From contig NC_068982.1 in the NCBI RefSeq assembly GCF_001194135.2, positions 7,758,191 through 7,822,190 on the forward strand: DNA of 64,000 nucleotides, read 5' to 3'. The notes under the pieces are model-generated. The model saw only the letters and a list, made by a program, of their open reading frames with translations. It had not been told where the DNA came from and searched no databases. How positions within the stretch are numbered: the first letter of the stretch is position 1; the number at the start of each line of letters is the position of its first letter. Made by a program: the position numbers and the translations under genes. Shown here one piece after another: positions 26,624 through 39,200 of the stretch. Origin of the DNA: Octopus bimaculoides. Its lineage: Eukaryota.

Positions 26624-28682
26624 CGATGTGTTTGTCATCATTTACATAACCAGAAAAAATAGACATTATACATGTTTTTTATATATTACTGTTTGTTAAG
26701 TGAGCAAAAATATGCAAGATCAATCAATAAAGAAAATAAATTAAAATCCAAAGAAACAATTAATAGTCAACCTTAAGAAAAAAAAACTTTAAATATCTTA
26801 CCATCTTCTACTTGACCCTCTGGACAATAGCATCCTTCAGTGCAAAATGTTCCATTATCATTTATATGAGTAGAACTTAAATCTCTGCATGTTTGTGGGT
26901 TTGCAGGCCCACAAGCTCTGTACTCTCGACCACCAGTACACATGACACCTGAAAGTAATAAATTTAGTAGGATATTCAAAAATTATGAGAGAGTGTTGCA
27001 AAGTTCCTGGCTTTAAGGGTATCACAAAAGGCCCAGTTGGAGGTCCAATCTTCCAAGTTCTTTTACAGAGCTTAGAAAAACTAAAGGATTGCTGCAATAA
27101 GCGTTTGAATCTGAGAATGGAATATGTTGAATAAAACCATAATTAACTGATCCTCCTGTATTTTCTTTTATCCAAAACCAGGAACTTTTCAGCACCCACT
27201 CATATACCAAAACTTAGAAAGAAAATGCACCTACATTTTACACTAGAATAAATTTACTGAAGAGAGGTATAATCAATTGAACTGAACTAGTGTATAACTG
27301 GTACTTATTCTACATACTGCAGAATGGTATGAAACAGGGTTGATCGTATGAGGAATTAATCTCAAAATACCGAGCATCAAGACTAAATATTTTGTGACAT
27401 TAAGTCCAACACTACACCACTTCTTGTTTAATCAGTGTCCATGTGTGCAGAATGTGCAGGTATGTGTATCCACATACATATTTGAGGAGATATATGTGCA
27501 TGCAGGTGCATGTTCAAGTCTGCTTGTTGTTTATTCTTATGGATTATTATATCTAGGCAGGTAACAGCTCAGTAGCTATGGATCTTCCCTTTATTCTTAT
27601 CTCCCAAGATGATACTAAATCTACTACATATGTGGGAAATTCTGCCTGTTGTGTTTGTGGAGTTGTTAGCTAACTCCTCCTGCATTGATTTTGATGAAAC
27701 TTGACACATGAGTAGAACTCATGTCTGGAAATCTTACAGCATACTCAGATTATTGAAAAAATTGATAATAGGGCCCCCGGAAGGGATCCTTATATAGATC
27801 TAATATATTTCATGTCAAAAAACAAGGGAAATAACCCATTCCCCTGGAAAGGATCCTTATATATAACCAAGGGAAATGACCCATTCATTTTCCTAAATTA
27901 TTTGGTAAAAATGAAATTGAGTATGCTTAATTCTTAGTATTTGAACTGTTAGAGTTATTTTCACAGTTTTTCCAGTACAACCCTTAAACAAGCAAATAGT
28001 ATTTTCCTAAACAATAGATCCACTTAGTGACTTATTCACAAATATACCAACACTTGCACCCCTGAGGGTAATATTCTCTGGGAATGCACAAAAGCCCTTT
28101 TCAGAGTTATTTACTTTGAATTGTTATTATCTCATATCTGATTAGTTTGTTATTACATAACATGCTTCACGATTTTAGTATACATAACTTAGCATTTCCT
28201 CCTATGCTTTACATACACTGAGAACACATTAAAGCCCTTTACGGGCTACTTTATTTGAATTCTTACTATTGGGTAACTATTTTCATGTTATTACATAATT
28301 GACTTCACAATTTGGGTATTCATAACATATTAGGAATTCCTAAAAACAAGATCCTGTGTAAGACAGTTCAGTTTTCTCTGTAAATGCAGAAAAACCGTTT
28401 TAAGGGCTACATACTTTGTATTGTTGTTATTGGACTAGCAAAACAATTATGAGAACGAAACCAAGGGATAAGCCCCACTTTGCCAGAAATTATGGACTGA
28501 TGGAGATTTTTCCTTAGTTCTCTTTCTTTTTCTCTCTGGACTTTCCTGTTTCTGACGAAGAGCTATGCTCAAAATGGTAACAACATCTCTCTCTTTTCTT
28601 CAAGCATCCAATTAATATATTTCTTGTGCATGTCCTCACATTCATTTTTTGCTGTTCTTTTAATTGTTTGTTTATTTGAATT

Positions 28683-28718
<36 letters not shown>

Positions 28719-31700
28719 GGTCTGATCAATAAGTATCCAGACTGTTGCCATAGCAATGAAGCTAAAGCATGCAGAGACATGGCACAGACTGATCTTGAAC
28801 TCTGCTGTGCATGAGCACTAAATTTTAACTTTCTAGCACACTTCTGCTTTTACAGCAGTACTTGGGAGGAAGGTGTGTATCATGTGATTGTCGCATTGAC
28901 AATGACAGAGAAAGTTAACCAGAGAATCTGCATCAAATTTTGCCGGAAGCTTGGAGATACCTGCTCAGAGGTCTACGCAAAGTTTTCAAAAAGCTTTCAT
29001 CATTCTCGACACAATCGAGATCTTGTGCAACTGAAACACAAATGTCATTTTGGTCAACTGAAAGCAGTTTTGGCACAAACTTAGCAGACATGCATCTCAT
29101 ACCCAAATCTTCAGTGATAATGGACTGAACTGTAACTGTAACTAATCTGCACATCCTCTGGTAACTCATGGATGGTGATTCAATGATTTCCCCTCACAGC
29201 TGCACACGCATTTGTGATGTTTTTACTCAGTTCTGCTGGTTGTTGGCCTCCCAGAACGTTTGTCAAAATCAATATTTTTCAGCCATCTTGGAAACGTCTT
29301 AAACCACTCAAACACTTGTGTCTGGCTCATTACACTCCTCTCCATACACTTTCTGCAACTTTGTGTAGGCCTCTGAGCAGGTATTGCCATGACAACTTCC
29401 TCTGTCATGGTCAATGCGATGATCAAACACTACACACCTTCCTTCCAAGCACTGCTGTAAACAGTAGATGTGAGCTAAAATGTTAAAACTTAGTGTGCAT
29501 GCACAGCAGAGTTCAAGGTTAATCTTTGCCAAACAGCTTCACTCTTCATGCCTTAGCGTTTTTACTATGGCAATAGTCCAAATACTTATTGACCAATTGA
29601 TCAGACTCCATATNNNNNNNNNNNNNNNNNNNNNNNNNNNNNNNNNNNNNNNNNNNNNNNNNNNNNNNNNNNNNNNNNNNNNNNNNNNNNNNNNNNNNNN
29701 NNNNNNNNNNNNNNNNNNNNNNNNNNNNNNNNNNNNATATATATATATATATATATATAAGGGATTACCCCTAAATGATTACCAGTTTGCTCTCAGTTAG
29801 GTATTCAAAATACGTTATTCAATAGTTAACATATAAACCCAAGGCAGCATGGAATATGGATGCTTGGAATATGGAATACCAGCACTAGTGAAGTTCTCAA
29901 CAAGACAAGACTCCTCGACTGAAAGTGGTGGTGGAAGGGATCTTGTTTTGAAGGAAGAGGCTTTATATCAATTACTGAGATATATGTATATAATTTTTTG
30001 TATCTTGCTATTTCTCTACTAAAATTAACAACCTACCACAGAGTTCAGAAGAACGCCAATTTACAGGAACTCCATTAGTAGCACACTTGGTAGCAAAATT
30101 GGCTACTGCAGTACACAAACATTCACAATCACCTCCAAGATTACAGCTAAAACATGGAAGGAAGAAACAATTTTAAAATAAAATAATCTGACATCAACAT
30201 GAATTATTATCATATACATATGTTTTTTTTTGGCATGTAAACATGATTACAAGATTCAATCAAATTATCAACAAAATGTCAGTTAAAGAAGAATTGACAT
30301 CTACTTAGAGATTCAATTATGTTTACCAATTTTGAGACAAGGCCAGCAATTTCAGGAGAGATAAGTCAATTACATCAACCCCGGTGTTCAAATTGTACTT
30401 ATTTTATCGACCTTGAAAGGATGAAAGGTTAAGTCAACCTCGGTGGAATTTAAACTCAGAATGCAAAGACAGACAAAATGTTGCTAAGCATTTTGCCCAG
30501 CATGCTAATGAGTCTACCAGCTTGCCACCTTTTTCAGATTCAATGATAAAGCGACAAGTAATAGAGATAACACTGCTGAGCTATTTTGATTATCATTATA
30601 GCAAATTATAAACTTGGTTTTGTTTCAGCAGAAGTATTTATTAACACAAGTTCCGATTAATACCAGAAAATTACTGGAGAAACATAATCTAAATAATATT
30701 GCAAATAGTTCAATACAACAGTAAATTTTCTTTATGTATCATAATCACATTGTTTATCTACTTCTCTGCTACAAGTTTGAAGATTTTACTCTATTATTAA
30801 TAAAAACATAAATCTATAAATTATTTTCAGGTTTATAATTTGATATACAGAAACCTATCCCCAATAATTAGTTAGAAAAATGAGAAAACTTTATAATCAA
30901 ATTCTTAAACATTGTCATTGTTTTATTTACAGTTACAATAACCCAATGTTATTACATCTATGTTTAAAAGAATATTTTAATATTTTGTACAATTCTCAAA
31001 TGCAAAATGCCTCTTCATAGGCATGGCTGTGTGGTAAGAAGCTTGCTTCCCAATCACATGATTCAGGGAGTGAATTTGGTAGACGGAAAATGAAAGAAGC
31101 CCATCATATATGTGTGTGTACATGTCTTTATGCCTGTGCTTATCCCCTAACCACTGCTTGACAACTGGTGCTGGTGTGTTTATGTCCCTGTAACTTAGCA
31201 GTTCAGCAAAAGTAACTAATAGAATAAGTACCAGTCTTTTAATAAAATAAGTCCTGGGGTTGATACAATTGACTAAAACTTCTTCAAGGTGTTGCCCCAG
31301 CATGGCTGCAGTCTGATAGCTGAAACAAAATATAAAATATATTCTCTTAATTGTTTCAGCCATTTGACTGCACCCATGCTGGAGCACCACCTTAAGGGGT
31401 TTTAAGCAAAGAAATCAACTCCAGGACTTATTCTTTGTAAGCTTAGTACTTATTCTATTGGTTTCTTTTGTTGAACCACTAAGTGAGTAAGTGAGGGGGA
31501 CATAAACACACTAGGCATCAGTTATCAAGCAATGGTGGGGAAACAAACACATACACACACACATAAATATATACATACACTGAACTGCAAAAGAAACACG
31601 AGACATGTGTGATTGTGAAATATATTTTAATTTCGTTATATCAGAGATAACTTTTGGTAAATCTGATAAAGTCAATTTCTTGGATGCCCTTTGACCACAG

Positions 31701-33590
31701 TCTATGGGCCATTGTGATGTGTTCTGGTAGTGGGCAGATCCAGCACATCGAGATTGTAAGGTGTGACATGTTCAATACCATGTATGCTCTCCCTGGGCAT
31801 TCAAAATGAATGTACACTGTCAGTACATGGAGTGCATGATGCAGTTCACAAAAGCCATTGGCACTTGTGCCCACACCCTGAGGAAAGCTGCCTCTAGTTC
31901 CACACATGTTTTTGGCCTTGGGACCACCTGGTTCAGCCATCTCTGTATTTCATCCCACAGGTGTTCAATTGGGTTCAAATGCACTCTGAGAGTTGGCTAC
32001 AGCATGGTTCTAATGTTGTGCTGATGCAGGAAGACCATGTAGATCCTTAGCCATGTGGGAGGGAACATTTGTCCAGCTGGAACACATGGCTATGGTGATA
32101 CACAAAAAAGGGCACAATGTGAGGTCTTAGGACCTGGTCAACATAATGGTGCACTGTGATGTCATTCCCTCTGTCTGCACCAACATTTTGGAACACATGG
32201 GGCCCAATTCTGATTCAGGCCTATAGCACCCCAAACACTGATGCTTTGGCCACCCCATGTCTCTCTCCATGACACATGCGTCTCTGTAGTGTCCACCCCT
32301 CTTACGCCACACTCTCACTCTACCATCCAAGGTGGAAACACAGTACCGGCTCTCATCAGAGAAGACTATCAACCACCATTGCTGATGCCACCAATGTTGG
32401 TGGTGTGTAGCCCACTGTAGTTGTGCTTGAGTGTGGTGAGCAGTGATGACAGGCCCTCAAGCAGGATAAGAGCAACACAGATTGTTGACAGCCAGTTGTA
32501 CCGTGTCATTGCTGATGGGTCGCTGTCTAATGTCAATGGTCTCGTGAGCGGTCGTGCTGGCCCCAGTCTGAAATTATTACAGAAGTGTTACAGGTGGACG
32601 AAGCAGTCCTGCCTGGGTGCGGTCACCCAGTGGCACCCTCTGAAGGCACAGTCTGCAGTGCTGTTGGTGTTGTTGTATCACTGTTGCAGGCGATAGAATT
32701 GTACTGACATGGACATTGTAAGCTTTCGCAACAACCAGGGGACACTGCCCAGCTTGCAATTGGCCAATAGCTTGTTCTTTCTGCGCTGCTGCCAATTAGG
32801 TCGTACCTGATGCATCCAAATTACAAATGCCAGGAACGCGGTTCAAATTGATTTTTATACCCATAACCTTCACAAGATGCGGGTGCATTTCGGTTTTCAT
32901 GACAATTGTTTGTGACTACCACCCACGGCATTCAACACAGCTGCGTTTTGGCGTCTCGTTTCAGGAAAAGTTGAAAGGTTACCTGCAATTTGGGTCCCAG
33001 CCATAAACCATCATGTCTTGGAATATTTACACTTACATCCCTGAAATAAATTTTCAGAATTTAACATATAAAAATGACATTTGCTAAAAACCACGTTTCT
33101 TTTGTGGTTCAGTGTATATATTTATATATACAACAGGCTTCTTTTAGTTTCTGACTACCAAATCCACTTACAAGGCTTTGGTCAACCCAAAGCTACAGTA
33201 GAAGACTGTGGCCCAAGGTGCCACCCAGAACCATGTGGTTGGGAAGCAAGCTTCTTACCACACAGCCACCCTTGTGCCTATCGTTATATATTTATCATTT
33301 CACAATAATAAGAGTGTATAGACTTACCCGCAAGCATCATAGAGACAATCTTCATAATATTCTTTGACAACATTATCAGGTAGGATATTACGGCAGCTTG
33401 CAAACAAAGGGCCTTTTTTTATTGTACCACAACTTTCCATAGCCCACTGTTTCCTTATAGAGTTATACTGGAAAATAAATATTATAAATTCATTTATTTA
33501 CATATTTTTGGAAATTAAAAATTGCAAAATCTGAAATCACTGCAATCAAAAACATAATCCATATTTAGTAGCAGTAGCAGTAGCAGTAGC

Positions 33591-33642
<52 letters not shown>

Positions 33643-36178
33643 CTAGCAGCAGCAGCAGCAGCATGGAAAGCAGGCATTAAACAATGCCTGATAGATAGAT
33701 AGATAGATAGATAAATAACAAATGATGGATGTCAATTCATTACAGCTGTTTATAACACATTTTTTAATAGATGCTACCTATCATTTAAGTACTTGATTCT
33801 CTCCCAAATCCTTTATATTGTCGTCATCATCATCATCATCATCATTTAACATCTATTGTCCATGCTGGCATGGGTTGGATAGCTTGACTGGGCTGGCACG
33901 CTGGAAGTCTGCACCAGACTCCAGTTTGATTTGGCATGGTTTTCTACAGCTGGATGCGCTGGGTGCTTTTACATGCCACCGGCACAGGTGCTATTTGCAT
34001 GACACAGGGGTGTATTTACATGCCACCGGCATGGGTGCCAGTTTGCATGACACTGATATCTTCTATGACTGCGATTTTGCTTGGCTTGATAGATCTTCTT
34101 CTCAAGCATAACATAATGACAAAGGTCTTGGTCATTGCCTCCGTGAGGCCCAACACTCAAAAGGAACCCAGCCACTTTGCCTCCATGAGGCCTAACACTT
34201 GATAGGAACTCAGCTACCTTGCCTCCATGAGGCCTAACACTTGATAGGAACTCAACTACCTTGCCTCCATGAGGCCTAACACTTGATAGGAACTCAGCTA
34301 CCTTGCCTCCATGAGGCCTAACACTTGATAGGAACTCAGCTACCTTGCATCCATGAGGCCAACACTCAGAAGGAAGTCAGCCACTTTGCCTCTGTAATGC
34401 TTAATACTCAAGAGGAACTCAGTTACTTTGTGTGTGTGTGTGTGTGTGTGTGCATGTGTGTGTGTGTGTCTGTTAGTTATCTACCACTGCTTGACAACTG
34501 GTGGTGATGTGATTACATCCCCATAACTTAGCTGTTTGGCAAAAGAGACCAATAGAGTAAGTACAAGGCTCAAAAAAAAGTCTTGGGGGTGATTTGTTTG
34601 ACTAAAACCCTTCAAGGTGGTGCTCCAGAGCTTGGCCTCAATCAAACTGCTGAAATAATAAGTAAAAGATAAAAGAGAAGTATATAACTGAGATGATTTA
34701 TTTCTTTCCAAAAGAGTCTATATTTTATTTGTGAACATCAAAGTGAAAACAAAATTGCTTACAACACAAGGGTGAACATTATTTTCAGGCTTGTTCTGTG
34801 GAACCATTGGACAATCAAAAACTCTCCAACTGTGGGCAAATGCTGAAGGAACACGTTCAATAGATTCATACCGTGACATAAAATCATTGGTAGAATCTCG
34901 ATCAAAATTACCACACAGCCCTTGAACTTTTCCCATCCAGTTTTCTGCTAAATGCACATACACCCTTGTACCTGTTAAGTGTGAAAATCAAAACATTGAT
35001 AGCAAAAGCATTTCTTTATTTTCCTTTAAGAATATTCTCTTAAGTATAAATGTAATAAAATGAGTTTATTTAATATTAATAATATTGATGACAGCTTAAA
35101 ATATGTTTCCATAATCTCTTAATCTCAAGACAGATTTCCTACCATTTATCATTTTTATAGTGATTGTTGTCTTCAATTGTTTATATTCATGTCTGAATTT
35201 ACTCTTTAAAATCAAGGTTAACTTTTTTTTTGAAGCTCAAAATTAACTTTTACTGCATATTCCTAAACTGAATATAATACATGTAAATATATGAGCAAAT
35301 TCAATAATCATGAAAGACATTCTAACAGAAAATCATTTACTGAGTATTTGTTTTTAAAACTCACTGAAAACTGGATGAACTAAAGTGATACAACAATGAA
35401 TGCTCATTACCTTGATCCCATTGGACAGTTAATCCTATATTGGTAAATAATGAGTAGTAGAAGTCTGATTTCTTTATTGAAAATCCTGATGTTGCTATTC
35501 CTCTGTCAGAGATTTTTACACCATCAATAGTGGGAATCTTGTCCATTACAAAATGGATCTTATTATTGAGCAAATAGACAACAACGTCTTTGGTACAAGT
35601 GACTGCAGGAAAGCCACATTTGATATTTTTAATAGTAATTGCAAATGTTTTATCAACAGCCTCTGTCAAAACATATTCACAATCTCCTTCAAATGTATAG
35701 TGAATGCCATCAAAGGTAAAATAATGAGGATCACCTGATGCCCAACATGTGGCTAAAAAGAATAACAATGAATATAAAGTTAAAGCAATTAACTGATAAA
35801 ATTAATTAAAACTCAAAAGTTTAAATAATAAATTCAAGTTCTACTTTTCTGTGAGGAATACTACTTAATAATATAAATCATGAATTTTATTTTTACCTTA
35901 TTTTCTATATCATATCTACATGTGCCCATATGGCAACATGTAAAGGCACCTGTGCAGTGATATGTAAAAGCACCTGTGCAGCATCACGTAAAAGCGCACA
36001 TGTGATACCACAAGCATCCAGCACACTCTGTAAAGTGATTGATGTTAGGAAGGACATCCAGCCATAGAAACCATGCCAAATCAGACTGGAGTCTGGTGCC
36101 ACCCCACCCCAGCCTGCCAGTTATGGTCACACCACCCAACCCATGCCAGCATGAACAACACACGTTAAATGATGAGGA

Positions 36179-36227
<49 letters not shown>

Positions 36228-39200
36228 CATATTATATAAACATCGAAATTGAGGGAATAAAACTGGTAACATCCAGGCTACATATGTTTGTTTCCTAGCT
36301 AGCAAGTCCTCAGATGTAATAGTTACTCAACGAGGAGTACTCAGCCAGCTACTGATCAGGCTGATGATACCTTAATTATATGATGGTTACATTGTCATTA
36401 AGGAACACCAAAATAACCTACCACAGACTGCTTGAAGCTTATTAACTTCCTACACTTAGATCTTTGGATCTCACAATTATATATATATAGACAGACAGAC
36501 AGATATACTATATATTATATATATATATATATTGTGTGTGTGTGTATTTCTTTTAGAACTATTCTTTTTCCTAAAGATATTCTTTAGCAAATGTTTATAT
36601 TTAGGAGATTTTTAAGAAACATCTATAGATGACGCATTGTGGATGGAGATTATAGGAAATACAAATAGAAAACATTTATATGTCCACTTAAGAAGAATCA
36701 TTTTTTACAAGTAAATCATTAGAGAATGGGTGTTGCCTGTGACCTCTTGCACTGCATTTCAGCCTGATAGGAAAAAGGGAGTAAGAAACCTCAGACCAGA
36801 GTCAAATGAATGCATCAAAGTGGACCCTTCTAAAAGTGACTTTAAACTGAATTAAGCCTACAACCTAAAGACAGGTACAATATATCCAGCAGACATTTGT
36901 TGTTACCATCTACACAATACCAGGGCCAATAATGCCCCAAGTGCCACATAGTAGAAGAGAATCTAAACCTACATGATGGTGAATTACAATTTTTTCCATA
37001 TGGTCAAGCTTACATCAATAAATCTATTATGAGTTCAGAGCTGAAATTAAATTTTGTTTGAAAATTTTATTTTAACACAAAAACATAGTGAAAAAAGTTA
37101 ATCAGCTTAATGAGTAACATTACTCATTAACCTAATCAACTTTTAGCTTTACATGTAGCTAACTGTGGAATTTCTGCAAGTATGCATTTCCTGAAAACTA
37201 TCTGTATTCTTGTCTTGACACAATGTGAGTGTATAGACACACACACACACATATCAACATAGCCAAAACAATAGCTTGAAATTTGTCACTTTGCACAGCA
37301 TACTTTTCAGTTTGAAAATATACTAAATTCTACTTGTTTTTAAATGCACTGGAGAAATTTACCAAGATTCCATTAACTGTTTAGCATTCAGATTACTTTA
37401 TCAAATGTAACACATATTCACTCTCATTGTTTTTAATTAATCATACATTACCTCATAGCTCTGAAATTTCAATGATGTAATCGTTTATGTTATAAATGAC
37501 ATTATCAGGTTGGTATGAGAGGCTGGATATGGCCAGTTTGAACACAAAGCATAATATTTCAGGCCAGATATAGTCAGTTTAGATGATAAAAGGTTGAACT
37601 TAAATGTGTATAAACAAAGTTCTCTATCGTTAAGATTCATATACTCCTCCATTAATAACAATATAAAAGCTAATTAATTATAATTCTAAAATGTTAATAA
37701 AGATCATCATCATCATCGTTTAACGTCTGTTTTCCATGCTGGCATGGGTTGGACGGTTTGACTGGAGACTGCCAAGCCAGGAGGCTGCACCAGGCTCCAA
37801 TCTGATCTGGCAATGTTTCTACAGATGGATGGCCTTCCTAACACCAACCACTCCGAGAGTGTAGTGGGTGCTTTTTACATGCCACTGGCACAAGAGCCAG
37901 TCAGGGTGGAGGGCTGGCATTGACCAAGTATGAGACACTTACAGCAGCTAGGTTTCCCAAGCGGTCATCTATCTAAGTACTCACTAGGCTCAACATTGCT
38001 TACACCAGTGATCGGACAAGAACCGGTACTTTCAACGTGATATGGCTGTAACAAAATTTATATTTAAATTTTAAGTAGGGGATGAATTAGTTATTTCTTC
38101 AATATATTTATCAAAAAAGAATATAATTAAAGAAACTCTTACCGGGGCAACTGTTTTGGAGTCTGTTGTCAACCCATATTGCATTCAAACATTGCCTGAA
38201 AAATATATGCCAAATAAAGTTACTCAACTTTTGTTAGTTAAGCAAATATAATTTTATTCAGATTTCATATTTTCAAGTTTCTATCCAGTGTTGTTCAAAG
38301 CAGCATTTTAATCATTATATTCACTTTCATTGCAGTAGTTTTTATTTGAATGCTGTCATGAAACTTATTTGTTTGTTATATTTTATGCAATTTTAAGAGA
38401 AAGACTTTGGTGGAGTTAGACACACTCGTGGAAGTACACACACGAAAGTTTTATTATCAATATTGATTCCAAATTTTGGTACAAGGCTAGAAATTTTGAG
38501 GGAGGGAATAAATCAATTACATCGGCCCAGTGTTCAACTGGTACTTATTTTATTGACCTCCGAAATGATGAAAGGCAAAGTCAACCTCAGCAGAATTTGA
38601 ACTCAGCACCTAAAGACAGACAAAATGTTGCTAAGCATTGAGCCCAGCATGTCAGCTTGCCAGCTCATGATGGTGCAATATCTATAGACCACTAAAACTC
38701 TGTGATTGCTTGCTTGTCTCTAATTTAATACAGCCAAACCGATGCATAATGCGACAGTACTCTGAAAGTAAGGTAACCCTGAAATGTGAATACAAATGGA
38801 ATGAAACAACTTCTGCATAAACTAGACCACAGATTCCCAAGATACGTGGTTTTTTGGGGGTACCTTCATAAATAGCCAAAACAGTGCATTATGGGAAAAT
38901 ACTTAGAAAGTAACATAACCCTGAAATTGGACTGTGAAAATTGTTTCCATTAGTTTTATGTTTACGTTATATAACAATTCCTTTTGCATTTTTGTAGAAG
39001 TGTGCATATATGCCATAAATAAATGCTGTTAGTGGAGTTCAAGTTTATCCCAGAAATTCTATTTCTATTAAATGCTGTAAATAATCAATAAAACCTTAAA
39101 CATGAACTTGTAAACCAGACCTATGATGACACAAACAAATTGAAATATTTAACTGAATCATCATAAAATTAACTTTCATTTCAATGCAATGTTGAAATCA

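Noticed and set aside
34137-34430. Regular 42-bp repeats resembling a CRISPR array
   Set aside because: Head-to-tail units with no unique spacers, no cas genes, eukaryotic intron: a minisatellite.
36361-36420. CTGATGA followed by a cctta/taagg stem
   Set aside because: No GAAA core and no stem I or III; insufficient for a hammerhead call.
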